Of a stretch of 64,000 nucleotides of DNA, positions 27,701 to 41,092 are shown in pieces. Both the position numbers and the translations under genes were made by a program. Origin of the DNA: Felis catus (Eukaryota); contig NC_058368.1 in the NCBI RefSeq assembly GCF_018350175.1, forward strand, positions 186,808,001 through 186,872,000. Reading direction: 5' to 3'. The notes under the pieces were generated by a model, which was given only the letters and a program-made list of their open reading frames with translations, had not been told where the DNA came from and made no database searches. Every line of letters starts with the position of its first letter. Positions within the stretch are counted from its first letter, which is position 1.

Positions 27701-29108
27701 TTGATCAATAAATCTCTGACTTAATAACTGCTTGGTTAGGTAGTAATTTGCAACTTATTTGCAAAATTCAAACGTCAAAATTTGTTTATTCAACAAATAA
27801 AGTCAAGCACTCCATGCTATTCAATGGAAAGACAGAGGCAAATAAGATGTTTCTGTCACCATCAAGACTGTCACCACAGTCTGGCAAAAAATAAAAATAA
27901 AAAACGCACACCCCAAAACACAGAAATTAAACAAATAATCGTTATATTTTTTACCTTAACCTGATAAAGGTAAAGCGTTTCTACCTAATTTGAATTTAAC
28001 GTGAACCAGAAGATTGGAATCTGTGACTTTCCACTGAAAAATCTCCATTTTTTTTTCCAGAGGGTCTGCTAATGAACAAAACCCTTTATATTAATAAGCT
28101 CTTCTTCAGTTGCAATAGATGAAAAGTCAAATTAAACTAGTTTAAGACAAAGAAGAAGTGTATGAGGGATTTATTACTTCATCTAACTGAACACTTCAAA
28201 TTTAAAAAGACACAGCTAGTCTCAGACTCACAAGCTTAAGGAATCAGACAAGGAAATTCATGTCACTCAGAGAACCTGGAAAATAAAGGTGGAAGTTTTG
28301 GAAAGAAAGGTGCCACAAAACTCTCCTCAAATTCTTCAGTCATCCCTAAACTGTAAATGAATCAAGGCAGCTCCAGAGTTCTCAGTATAAAGCAACAGAT
28401 TGAAAACTGAAGGAGTTGAGCAGTTTCATTTGCTGCCCACCACACGCAAACCAGAGTTTGGATTTTGAGTCCTATTCCAAATACATTCAAAGACTTAAAA
28501 GAAACTGTATTGATAATCAGAGGCATTATGTGAAATCCCAGAATGTAAATGGAAACTATAAGAACCAAATTGGCATTTGGAACTATAAAGTATAATACCT
28601 AAAATGACACATTTGCTGGATAGATTTGATGGCAACTTGAGAGATGAAAGTTTCAGTAAACAAAAACTTAAATAATTCATTACTATCTGAACTGAGTGAC
28701 ACGAAATACTATAGAAAGTTCTTTAGGCTAGAATAAAACCAAGGAAATATAAGATGGGAACTTGTATCTACAGAGAAAGTACACTGAAAATGTTAAATAC
28801 ATTATTTTTTATTTTCATAATTTCTTTAAAGGATATGTGACTATTAGAAAAACATCATAATGTATTATGTGATGTATTATTATATGCCTATATAACAGCA
28901 CAAAATCCAGAGAGTAATTGCAATTGCAACATTCTTATATTTTACTATATGTAGTGCAAATTAATTCTAAGAACACTAATAAGTTAAGGATACATATTAT
29001 CATTCTAGAGCAGCCACTAAAATAATGCTAATATATTAGTTAAAGTCAACAGAGGCATTAAAATGGAACACTAAAAATATTCTCTAAAATAAAAACAAAT
29101 TTTAAAAC

Positions 29109-29184
29109 AGGGTATCTGGGTAGCTCAGTTGTTAGAAGAGCTGATTCTGATTTCATCTCAGGTCATGATCCCAGAGTTGTGGGA
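29109..29184 (+). mobile_element. 5' portion only of an old CanSINE
   Basis: gggtatctgggtagctcagttg...caggtcatgatcccagagttgtggga; no CT tract or tail. Confidence 0.75.
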
Positions 29185-29967
29185 AAGCAGGAAAGTAAGA
29201 AAACAGGAAAAGAACAATAACAACAAAACTGGAAAGGAAATAGAAAACAAATTACAGAATGATAGTTAAGCCCAACAATATTGATAGCTAAACTTTAATG
29301 AATAATATATCCCAATTAAAAGTGAGTGATTGTTAGATTGGACTTAATAAAGGACCCAACTCTACAAGAAGCACAGTTTAAGTACAATGACATAGATAGG
29401 TTGAAACTAAAAGGATAGAAAAAGAAATGTCATGTCAACAAAAGACAACTATTTACAATAGAAAGGTGGAGGGCTATATTAACAAAAGAAAATAAATATG
29501 GATTTAAAGACAAACAGTATTATTAGAGATAAAGAGAAACATTTCATAATGATACATAGGTAAATTTATCAGAAAAATATAACAATCATAAATGCATATA
29601 AACTAAATAACAAAGTTTTAAAATATATTAAGGAATACTTACAAAATTAAAGCAAGAAAAAGATAAATCCCCAATTATAGTTTGATATTTTAATACTCTG
29701 AGATAATTGACATTTATAGACTTCACCTAACCTATGGAATGCACATTATTTTTGAACCCATATTCTAAGCTAATAGGTTTCAGTAGATTTCAAACAACTT
29801 GAAATTTTACAAAATATATTTTCTGGTTAAAATGGTATACATTAGAAATCAAGAAAAATAAGATGTTCAAAAAAATCCCAAGTATTTTAAATAAAAAAGC
29901 ATACTTCTAAATAATATATGAATTAAAGAAGAAATGTCAAAAAGTGTTAGAAAAATTATTCCCATCT

Positions 29968-30191
29968 GGGAGTTCCTGGGTAGCTCAGTTGGTTAAGTGT
30001 TGGACTTCAATTCAGGTCATGATCTCAGGGTCCATGAGTTCGAGCCCCGTGTCCAGCCGACATTGGGCTCTGTGCTGACAGCTCAGAGTCTGGAGCTTGC
30101 TTGCTTTGGATTCTGTGACTCCCTCTCTCTCTGCCCCTCCCCTGTTCATGCTCTGTCTCTCCCTCAAAAATAAACAAACATTAAAAAAAAT
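29968..30191 (+). mobile_element. CanSINE
   Basis: Full body; TSD aaaattattcccatct / aaaatatttccatct. Confidence 0.93.
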
Positions 30192-31079
30192 AAAATATTT
30201 CCATCTGAAAGAACAAATGTACAGCATATCAAGTGAAATGATTCATGTTAACATAAAAAATCATAAGACATAATGATATGAATCTCTTGACATGTTTCAC
30301 TAAAATGTACAAGACATTATTTTGTGGCACTCTTGCAAAAACAAAACAAAACAAAACAAAACAAAGCAAAATGGATAATCATGAGAGAATATTAGAAAAC
30401 CCAATCTGAGGCACATTATACACAATTATTGTGTTCTCTACCTCCAACAAGTTGGAGAAATTGTCACAGATTTGAGGAGAAAAGAAAAAGTAACAGAAAG
30501 AGAATTGGGAAATGAGAAATTCAGGAGAAGTCTATAGTTTGGCTAATAGTATTATACCAATATTAACTTACTAATTTTAGTAGTTGCCCTTTGGTTATAC
30601 AAGATGTTAACATTAGGGGAAACTGAGGAAAGCTATACATGAGCTCTGTATTCTATTGAAAAATTTTATTTCTTAAATTTAAAATTAGGTCAAAGTAAGA
30701 AGTTAAAAAAAATGTGGAGTGCATCTGAAGCAGCATTTAGAGGGAAATTTGTAGCAATAGCAATTTATGAGTTCAGGTATTTATAGAACAAATGAAGAGT
30801 TAAAATCAATGACTGAAATGTCTAACTCATAAAGTTAGAAGAAGAATAAATTCAACTGAAAGGAAATAGAAGCAAGGAAAACTTAAATATAAGAACAAAA
30901 ATTAATAAAATGGATAATCATGTGACATGACAGAGATGCTATTGCTACAATTATTGCTATCCATATTACAATATATAAATGTATCACATCAATGTGTTGC
31001 ACCTTTTAAATGTACACAGTTTTATATTTCAAATAGAAAATTAGCAGAAAACAAGGCAGCTTTCTAATTCTACTTTTTA

Positions 31080-31298
31080 ATTTTTTTTTTCAACGTTTTT
31101 TATTTATTTTTGGGACAGAGAGAGACAGAGCATGAACGGGGGAGGGGCAGAGAGAGAGAGGGAGACACAGAATCGGAAACAGGCTCCAGGCTCTGAGCCA
31201 TCAGCCCAGAGCCTGACGCGGGGCTCGAACTCACGGACCGCGAGATCGTGACCTGGCTGAAGTCGGACGCTTAACTGACTGCGCCACCCAGGCGCCCC
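31080..31298 (-). mobile_element. Young SINEC_Fc
   Basis: Nearly identical to the copy at 2110; perfect 17-bp TSD tctaattctacttttta. Confidence 0.97.
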
Positions 31299-31779
31299 TC
31301 TAATTCTACTTTTTATTTACCCATTAAAATAAGAGAAAATAGGTTAAGTAAAAGATAAAAAAAAGTAACGTATTAACTTGGTTTTTCCAGACATCTAGAA
31401 GTATTTAGGGGAAATTTAAAAATAAATTCACAATTTGAGGCTCTTTGAACTGCCCAAGTAATATTAATTTGTGCTTCAAAGCTCTCCAAGCAATGTTTAT
31501 TGTTAAACAGTTCAGGGATTCCTGTAATCTGCTTAGTACCAAGACAACATTCAATATGGTTCCTAGAGATTGGAGAAGCCATTTATTTCTGATTCATTAC
31601 TTATGCTAAAGGCATTTCCCTTCGATCTGCCATATTTAAAAATGAAAATTTTCTATTGGTGCTCCTTTTTCAGTTTTGCCCTGGAGAACTGAAACCCAAA
31701 CACACAGTTTTAAATACGCTTAGGTCAAAAGCAGTTTCATTGTTTTGCCTACCAACTGGGTTCTAGTCTTTACTTAAAA

Positions 31780-32099
31780 CAGAGGTAAGCAAGCATTTTT
31801 TTTGTAAAGGGTCTTATAATAAATATTTTAGACATTGATTGTAAGTCATAGCATTTCTATAACTACTCAACCCAACCATTTTAGCACAAAGCAGTTGTGA
31901 ATAATCGGTAAATGAATGAGCAGACAGTGTTTCAATAAAACTTTATTTATATAAATTGAAATTTGAGTCTACCATAATTTTCATGTGATATTTTCCCCCT
32001 AACCATTTAAAACTATAAAAACCACTCTTAGTTTAAGGACCATATAAAAATAGGCAGCAGTTCAGATTTGTCTCACAGGCTATAGTTTGCAAACCTCTA
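31780..32099. mobile_element. MER58B-like hAT-Charlie DNA transposon
   Basis: Degenerate TIRs cagaggtaagcaagc / gtttgcaaacctcta; 8-bp flanks acttaaaa / acttagag; ~320 bp. Confidence 0.85.
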
Positions 32100-33448
32100 A
32101 CTTAGAGTTTTGGCTGATAAATTTTTGTGTCTTCGTTAGTCTTCATTAGTCTATGTTTATACATAATATGTATATATGTATACACATATATACATATACA
32201 CATAACAGAAGTCTATGATCCAATATGTAGCCAATCATGTTAACAAAAATGGAAATAAATGCAGAAAAATTTACATTTATAAAAACTTACATTTTATATT
32301 AATACCCATACATGTTTTTACAATACATTTAAATTGTAAATCTTCATATATTTAGAACTATTTTCTTCACTAGAGTCAGAATTAAGAGTCTACAGGCCAC
32401 ATTTCATAAAATATAAATTAAATAGGCACTTATTTGTGCTTACTATGAGATTTTAAGTAAAAAAATCCATTTTATCTTAAAATAATGGAACTGAGTAAAA
32501 ATAATGTTGTATATAAAGTGTAATCAAAAGACATCAGTTTCAGCATTAGGTTTAAAAACTGACAATAAAGAAAATACTAGATATTCAATGTATTCAAAAT
32601 GTCCAATATTCATGGTATTTCCTAGATCCATTGTAATAACTGCTTTATAATAGACTAACATTCAAGGTAGATGTTGTAAGTACTTCTTTTGCCCTTTAAT
32701 AAATTGTAAGAACCAATATAGCAAGTGTGGACCTAAGCCCATTGATAACTTTGGATTCTACAGAAAAGCCACAATTCTATAATGAAAATAGTAAGTGCTA
32801 GAACAAAGGAACAGTGTAATGTATTATAGTACAGAATGTCAATATTTACTCTAACAAGCAAAAGGCAGAGGTTGGATTGATTTCCAAAAATAAAGTATTA
32901 AAATAAATATATCTTGATTCCATTACCTAAGAGCAAGATAATGTTTATGAGTGTAAAACCACTGGTCAACAAGAATGCAATACCTTATACATTTATGGTC
33001 AGTTGATTTTTGGCAAGCATGCTAAGGCCATTCAATGGGTAAAAGAAGTCTCTATAATAAATGGTGTCTCAAAAATTTCATGCTTTTGCATTAAGTTACA
33101 CACATACCTCATTCCATATATAAGTAATAACTCCAAATGCAACAAACACCAAAACAAATGAGCTAAACCTCAAACTTTTAGAAAAAGACATATGGGTAGA
33201 TCTACATGAACTTTGTTTTGGCAGTAGATACTTGAATATGACACCAAAAGCACAAGCAACAAGAAAAAAAACATAGGTTGGACTTCATCAAAATTAAAAC
33301 TTTTGTGCATCAAAGGACACTGTCAAGCAAGTGAAAAGACAACACAAAGAAAGGGGGATAATATTTGCAAATCCTATATATAATAAAGGTCTCATATCCA
33401 GGATATATAAAGAAAACTTAAATCAATAAAAAAAAATAGCATAACTTT

Positions 33449-33824
33449 AAAAAGTAGGTGAAGTGATTGACTAGATATCTCTTCCAAGGAGGTGTATAAG
33501 TAGCCAACATGCACATGAACTGTTATTCAATATCACTAGTCATTAAGGGAATGAAAATAAAACTACAGTGAAATACTACTTCATACTCCCTACTAGGCGT
33601 TATTTAAAAAAACAATAAATTGAAAAGTAACAAGTTATGGTGATGATGTGGAGATAATGGAGTCTTTACACACTGCCTGTGGGAATATAAAATCGTATAT
33701 AGCCCCAGTGAAAAACAGTTTGGTGGTTTCCAAAACGAACATAATTACTATGAGATCAGCAATTCTGCTTCTAGGTATATACCTCAAGATAATTGAAAAC
33801 AGGTATTTAAAAAAAAAAAAACTT
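33449..33824 (+). repeat. Copy 1 of a ~375-bp direct repeat flanking the L1
   Basis: About 96% identical by manual comparison to 37401-37774. Confidence 0.95.
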
Positions 33825-36800
33825 ACAGCAATGGATAGATCCTCTAGACACAGGATCGATAAAGAAACAAGGGCCCTGAATGACACATTGGATCAGATAG
33901 ACTTAACAGGTATATTTAGAACTCTGCATCCCAAAGCAACAGAATAGACTTTCTTCTCGAGTTCACATGGAACATTCTCCAAGATAGATCACATACTGGG
34001 CCACAAAACAGCCCTTCATAAGTATAAAAGAATTGAGATCATACCACACACACTTTCAGACCACATGCTATGAAACTTGAAATCAACCACAGGAAAAAGT
34101 CTGGAAAACCTCCAAAAGCATGGAGGTTAAAGAACACCCTACTAAAGAATGAATGGGTCAACCAGGCAATTAGTGAAAAAATTTAAAAAGTATATGGAAA
34201 CAAATGGAGATGAAAACACAACAATACAAATGCTTTGGGATGCAGCGAAGGCAGTCCTGATAGCAAAATATATTGCAATCCAGGCCTATCTCAAGAAACA
34301 AGAAAAATCCCAATACAAAATCTAATAGCACACCTAAAGGAAATAGAAGCAGAACAACAAAGACATCCCAAACCCAGCAGAAGAGAAATAATAAAGATCA
34401 GAGCAGAAATAAACAATATAGAATCTAAAAAAAACTGTAGAGCAGATCAATAAAACCAAGAGTTGCTTTTTTGAAAAAATAAACAAAATTGCTAAACCTC
34501 TAGCCAGGCTTCTCAAAAAGAAAAGGGAGATGACCCAAAGAGATAAAATCATGAACGAAAATGGAATGATTACAACCAATCCCTCAGAAATACAAGCAAT
34601 TATCAGGGAATGCTATGAATAATTATATGCCAACAAAACGGACAAATTCCTAAGCACCCACACACTTCCAAAACTCAAACAGTAAGAAATAGAAAACTTG
34701 AATAGACCCATAACCAGTGAAGAAATTGAATCAGTTATCAAAAATCTCCCAACAAATAAGAGTCCAGGACCAGATGGCTTCCCAGGGGAGTTCTACCAGA
34801 CGTTTAAAGCAGAGATAATACCTATCCTTCTCAAGCTATTCCAAAAAATAGAAAGGGAAGGAAAATTTCCAGACTCATTCCATGAAGTGAGCATTATTTT
34901 GATTCCTAAACCAGACAGAGACCCAGCAAAAAAAGAGAACTAGAGGCCAATATCCCTGATGAATATGGATGCAAAAATTCTCAATAAGATACTAGCAAAT
35001 CGAATTAAACAGCATATAAAAAGAATTATTCACAATGATCAAGTGGGATTCATTCCTGGGATGCAGGACTGGTTCAACATTCACAAATCAATCAGTGTGA
35101 TACATCACATTAATAAAAGAAAAGATAAGAACCATATGATCCTGTCAATCGATGCAGAAAAAGCATTTGACAAAATTCAGCAACGTTTCTTAATAAAAAC
35201 CCTCGAGAAATTGGGAATATAAGGAACATACTTAAACATCATAAAAGCCATTTATGAAAAGCCCACAGCTAGTATCATCCTCATTGGGGAAAAACTGAGA
35301 GCTTTCCCCCTGACATCAGGAACACGACAGGGATATCCACTCTCACCGCTGTTGTTTAACATAGTGTTGGAAGTTCTAGCATCAGCAGTCAGACAACAAA
35401 AGGAAATCAAAGGCATCAAAATTGGCAAAGATGAAGTCAAGCTTTCGCTTTTTGCAGATGACATGATATTATACATGGATACCCCGATAGACTCCACCAG
35501 AAGTCTGCTAGAACTGATATGTGAATTCAGCAAAGTTGCAGGATACAAAATCAATGTACAGAAATCAGTTGCATTCTTATACACTAATAATGAAGCAACA
35601 TAAAGACAAATAAAGAAACTGATCCTATTCACAATTGCATCAAGAATCATGAAATACCTAGGAATAAACCTAACCAGAGATGTAAAGGATCTGTATGCTG
35701 AAAACTATAGAAAGCTTATGAAGGAAATTGAAGATATAAAGAAATGGAAAAACATTCCGTGCTCATGGATTGGAAGAATAAATATTGTCAAAATGTCAAT
35801 ACTACCCAAAGCTATCTACACATTCAATGCAATTCCAATCAAAATTGCACTAGCATTCTTCTCAAAGCTAGAACCAGCAATCCTAAAATTCATATGGAAC
35901 CACAAAAGACCCCAAATAGCCAAAGTAATTTTGAAGAAGAAGACCAAAGCAGGAGGCATCACAATCCCAGACTTTAGCCTCTACTACAAAGCTGTAACCA
36001 TTAAGACAGCATGTATTGGCACAAAAACAGACACATAGACCAATGGAATAGAATAGAAACCTCAGAACTAGACCCACAAAAGTATGGCCAACTAATCTTT
36101 GACAAAGCAGGAAAGAATATCCAATGGAAAAAAAGTCTCTTTAACAAATGGTGTTGGGAGAACTGGACAGCAACATGCAGAAGAATGAAACTAGACCACT
36201 TTCTTACACCATTCACAAAAATAAACTCAAAATTGGTAAAGGACCTGAACGTGAGACAGGAAACCATCAAAACCCTAGAGGAGAAAGCAGGAAAAAAAAC
36301 CTCTGTGACCTCAGCCGTAGCAATTTCTTACTTGACACATCCCCAAAGGCAAGGGAATTAAAAACAAAATGAACTATTGGGACCTCATGAAGATAAAAAG
36401 CTTCTGCACTGCAAAGGAAACAATCAAAACTAAAAGGCAACCAACGGAATGGGAAAAGATATCTGCAAATGACATACCGCACAAAGGGCTAGTATCCAAA
36501 ATCTATAAAGAACTCACCAAACCCCACACCCAAAAAGCAAATAATCCAGTGAAGAAATGGGCAGGAAACATGAATAGACAGTTCTCTAAAGAAGACATCC
36601 AGATGGCCCACAGGCACATGAAAAGATGCTCAACGTCGCTCCTCATCAGGGAAATACAAATCAAAACCACACTGAGATACCACCTCACACCAGTCAGAGT
36701 GGCTAAAATGAACAAATCAGGAGATTATAGATGCTGCCGAGGATGTGGAGAAATGGAAATCCTCTTGTACTGTTGGTGGGAATGCAAACTGGTGCAGCTG

Positions 36801-37190
36801 CTCTGGAAAACAGTGTGGATGTTCCTCAAAAAATTAAAAATAGATCTACCCTATGACCCAGAAATAGCACTGCTAGGAATTTACCCAAGGGATACAGGAG
36901 TACTGATGCATAGGGGCACTTGTACCCCAATGTTTATAGCAGCACTTTTGACAATAGCCAAATGATGGAAAGAGCCTAAATGTCCATCAACTGATGAATG
37001 GATAAAGAAATTGTGGTTTATATACACAATGGAGTACTACATGGCAATGAGAAAGAATGAAATATGGCCTTTTGTAGTAACGTGGATGGAACTGCAGAGT
37101 GTTATGCTAAGTGAAATAAGTCACACAGAGAAAGACAGATACCATATGTATTCACTCCTATGTGGATCCTGAGAAACTTAACAGAAGACC
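33825..37190 (+). pseudogene. Disrupted L1 ORF2p (partial EN, RT, C-terminal domain)
   Basis: Collinear ORF fragments from 33648 to 36965 separated by stops and frameshifts; not functional. End approximate. Confidence 0.93.
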
Positions 37191-37400
37191 ATGGGGGAGG
37201 GGAAGGGAAAAAAGAAAACAAGGTTAGAGAGGGAGGGAGCCAAAACATAAGAGACTCTTAAAAACTAAGAACAAACTGAGGGTTGATGGGGGGTGGGAGG
37301 GCGGGGAGTGTGGGTGATGGGTATTGAGGAGGACACCTGTTGGGATGAGCACTGAGTGTTGTAGGGAAACCAATTTGACAATAAATTTCATAGTAACAAA
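33825..37400 (+). mobile_element. Felid L1, 5'-truncated within the endonuclease domain, 3.6 kb
   Basis: Starts in TAMDRSS; RT motifs [35 protein letters not shown]; felid 3'UTR ending aataaatttcat plus a short A tail. Confidence 0.97.
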
Positions 37401-37774
37401 AAAAAGTAGGTGAAGTGATTGACTAGATATCTCTTCCAAGGAGGTGTATAAGTAGCCAACATGCGCATGAACTGTTATTCAATATCACTAGTCATTAAGG
37501 GAATGAAAATAAAACTACAGTGAAATACTACTTCATACTCCCTACTAGGCTTTATTTAAAAAAAAACAATAAATTGAAAAGTAACAAGTTATGGTGATGA
37601 TGTGGAGATAATGGAGTGTTTACACACTGCCTGTGGGAACATAAAATGGTATATAGCCCCTGTGAAAAACAATTTGGTGGTTGCCGAAATGAACATAATT
37701 ACCATGAGATCAGCAATTCTGCTTCTAGGTATATACCCCAAGATAATTGAAAATAGGTATTTAAACAAAAACTT
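37401..37774 (+). repeat. Copy 2 of the ~375-bp direct repeat flanking the L1
   Basis: aaaaagtaggtgaagtg...aaaactt, matching 33449-33824. Confidence 0.95.
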
Positions 37775-39639
37775 CTACACAAATGTTCACAATAGTACTA
37801 TTCCCAGTAGCCACAAAGTGGAAACAGATGAATAGGTAAACAAATTGTGATATATACATATGATGGATAATTATTTGGCCATTAAAAGGAATGAAGTACT
37901 ATTACATACCATAATGTAAAAGAAGGCAAACACAAAAGGTCACATATATAATGAAATATATATACATTTATATGAAATATGCCAAATAGGTAAATCTATA
38001 GACACAAAGCTAATGAGGGGTTGGGGGAGGGGAGGAGATGAATAGAAATGACTGCTTAATGAGTCTGAGGCTTTCTTTTGTGGTGACAACAATTTTTTGG
38101 AATTAGATAGAGGTGATATTGGCATAACATTATGAGTATACTCAATTTCACTGAATTATATGCCTAAAATGGTTAATTTTATGTCATGTGAATTTTGCTT
38201 CAATAAAAGAAGGTGCTGCACTATGTAGAGTTTTAGGTCCTCATGCTGACATGTTTACAGCATGCCTTTTCCTTTTTTTCTCTAGTCACTATAAAACAAG
38301 GACAAACTAGTAAAAAAGGATAAGATTGCATTGCGCCCAATTTTACTATAATACTGCCCATTTCCATGTATAAAGCAAATCTGAAAAACAAAAAAAGAAT
38401 CCAAAACATTTAGATCTCCTCAGTATAAATGCAAGTTGGAAACAGGTATCTTCATGGGATGTAAAAATGTACTTTTTCCTAAGTGTGAAGAGAGATGCAA
38501 AGTTTTCCAACAAACCCAATTCTTCCACCTCACCTACATCTTCCAGAGGGCTTTATCCCACAGGTTTATGTGTCCATGGCTCCAGTGGTGAAATCCTGCC
38601 ATCTTTTCAAACTAAAGTTTTCTGACACTCAAGATGCTTCAACTTTGTTTCAAAAATAAATATGCAAAATAAAAATAATTTAGCCCCAGGCCTGAAGCAT
38701 GTAAAAATATTCAGTCATAAAACTCAAATGATGATCATATTTGAAAGCAGCCAAGAATGAATATACAAGAACAAGGTCTAAATTTCCAAGAGTACAACAT
38801 TGATAGCCAACACAGATGTCTTGAGTGCCAAAAAATGTTCAATTCTCTAATTATTATAATTCATGTTTCCTTCAGTGATTCAGTAAAACTGCAGCCCATA
38901 AAAGATAGCCTTAATCTACAGAAACTATAATAGAGTTCCCAGAATCTACTCAGAAATAACTTTGGCTCAAAATCCTAAACATAAAATCAAACAGCATAGT
39001 ATTGGAAGACGGTATTTCAAATGGAAAAATCTGAAGATAATCACTAGTGATGACCAAAGAACCATGTTCAATGAAAGCCTATCACAAGGGGCTCTCTGCT
39101 AATCTGAAGGGCAAAAGGCCTTCCTTGGTGAAGCTCTATTTGAAATAACATCTCAAGAAGGATTGGAAGTTATTCAGCAAAGAACAGTTGAGGAGTATCC
39201 CTATAAAGAAAATATCCCCTGTATATATAGGCATGACCATGAAAATTCATGTCACTGAAAGATGACCATGTGGCTGGAGCTCACAAGAAATAGGGATCTG
39301 GTCGAGACAAATACGCAAGAGCCATTCCGTGTAGTGTCTTGCTTATGTATGGATTTAAAATTTTATTCTAAATGTATTGGGGATACATTTAAAGATTTTA
39401 AACAACAATGCAACTTAGATTGTACTGTAATGGGATCTCTCTGGCAATTGTGTGGGTTATCTGCCAGTAGAAATCTTTTAGCAGTGTATTCAAAGAAACT
39501 AGTGGAACAAGACAGAAATATACCACTGAGGTGGCCACTAATCTGAAGGGTTGTGACCAGGTTTAAGAGGTATTCAGGGAGCAGAGCTGACTAAGTCATA
39601 TGTAATTGAATCATAGCTGAGATGTTTTTAAAAACCTTT

Positions 39640-40990
39640 GATTAGCGGCATGTAGTAATGGCAGAGTAATACCCTACTTTTTGACCTTTCTGCAAAAAAG
39701 GCCTATAAAACCTTGATATAATAAAGAGTAAGTATGTGAGACTAGAGACTGAGCAGAAGAAGGCAGATTGGTGGGGATGATTCTTTCAGAGCAGGGGACA
39801 GGAGAGCCCTACAAAGTAAGTTCTGTTTTCACAGCTTTTAACTTAGGGCTAGTGCAGTTAGTATGGTTCAGGTTAGGTGGCAAGGGTGCAGGTTAGGTGG
39901 CAAGGGTGCTACTGGGGGGAAAATGCATTTTTTTTTCTTGCTTAGGAAACAGTAGCTGCTGAGGTCAATGGAGAGATTTTCTTAAAGGAAAAAGAGAGGA
40001 TCCCCAAATTCTTTCTACCCTTATCTCTGATTATTCCCTGAACCACACATCCATGGCCAGATTCAGAACTGCTTAACTAAAGATCTAATATATGGTGATG
40101 ACAAGGGTGCCTGGATGGCTCAGTAAGTTAAGCATCCGACTTTAGCTAAGGTCATGATCTCATGGTTCATGAGTTCAAGCCCTGCATTGGACTATCTGCT
40201 GCTAGCATAGAGTCTGCTTCAGATCCTCTGTCCCCCTCTCTGCATCCCCCCCCCCCACTGGCGCTCTTTTTCTCTCAAAAATAAACATTTAAATATATAT
40301 ATAGTAGTGGCAGAAATTAGGTAAGCTAAATTGAAAGCAGACTAGTAATTAGTAGAAATTATCTAATTTGAAGGAAGGAGAGAAAGAAAAAATACAAGAA
40401 AGAAAATAAGAGAAATAGAAATAAAATTAAATAAAATGGATAGAGCCTTGAGAACCTGTGAAATAATAATGGGCTGAACATGCATGCAATTGGAATCCCA
40501 AAAGGAGAAGAAAGAAAACTTATAGCAACAGAAGTATTTCAAAAATAATAGTCAAAAAATTTTTAGAAGATTCTTTAGTGGTAAATTTGGTTAAGGATAT
40601 TCTACAGGCTGAAAAGAAATGACACCAGATGGAAATTCAGATCCTCAAATACAGTGAAGAACATTGCAAATGGTGAATATCTAGATAGTTCAAAAAATTA
40701 TTTTATTCTTTCTTACTTTTTCTCATAATTTCTTTGTAAATTATCTAACTGTTTAAAGCAAACTTTAACATGGCCTTGTGGGATTTATAGCATCTATAGA
40801 AATACATAATGATTCCTGTAACATAAAGGATCAGGGAGTATAGAGATGTATGCAATTGCAAAGTTTCTATATTTTATATGAAGAAGTACTATATTATCTC
40901 TAAGTGGACTATAAAAAATAAGAATATATATATAAAATAAGAATGTTCTCCCTAAGACAACAACTTAACAAAAATGCAAATCAAGTATAA
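39640..40990 (+). mobile_element. Old L1M 5'UTR/ORF1 fragments
   Basis: gcatgcaattggaatcccaaaaggagaag and ggctgaaaagaaatgacaccagatggaaa are L1M ORF1-like. Confidence 0.6.
40104..40293 (+). mobile_element. CanSINE
   Basis: SINEC body; degenerate TSD atatatggtgatgaca / atatatagtagtggca. Confidence 0.92.
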
Positions 40991-41092
40991 AGAGCCTTTG
41001 AAGAGGCTGCAGGATGCTAAAGAATTTTTTAGGAGATTTTAGGACTACACAGTAGCATCGGAGGACAGGATTAAAAGACCTCTAATGAGCCA

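Larger units (their letters stand above)
28500..30915 (+). mobile_element. Old L1M ORF1/ORF2 fragments with nested SINEs and an L1MC-like 3'UTR piece (~30240-30710)
   Basis: A-rich decayed endonuclease-region motifs (agagataaagagaaacatttcataatgata; attatagtttgatattttaatac). Confidence 0.65.
32970..38208 (+). mobile_element. Old L1MB-like 3' fragment, host of the young L1 at 33825-37400
   Basis: Decayed ORF2 C-terminal sequence at 32970-33824 resumes after 37400 and ends ...ttttgcttcaataaaa. Confidence 0.82.

Noticed and set aside
33825..37400. Reverse transcriptase as an active or domesticated gene
   Set aside because: Ordinary L1 ORF2, 5'-truncated, with many stops and frameshifts.
37401..37774. 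3' transduction as the source of the sequence after the L1 tail
   Set aside because: It duplicates the local upstream flank, continues into the host L1 3'UTR and has no second poly(A).
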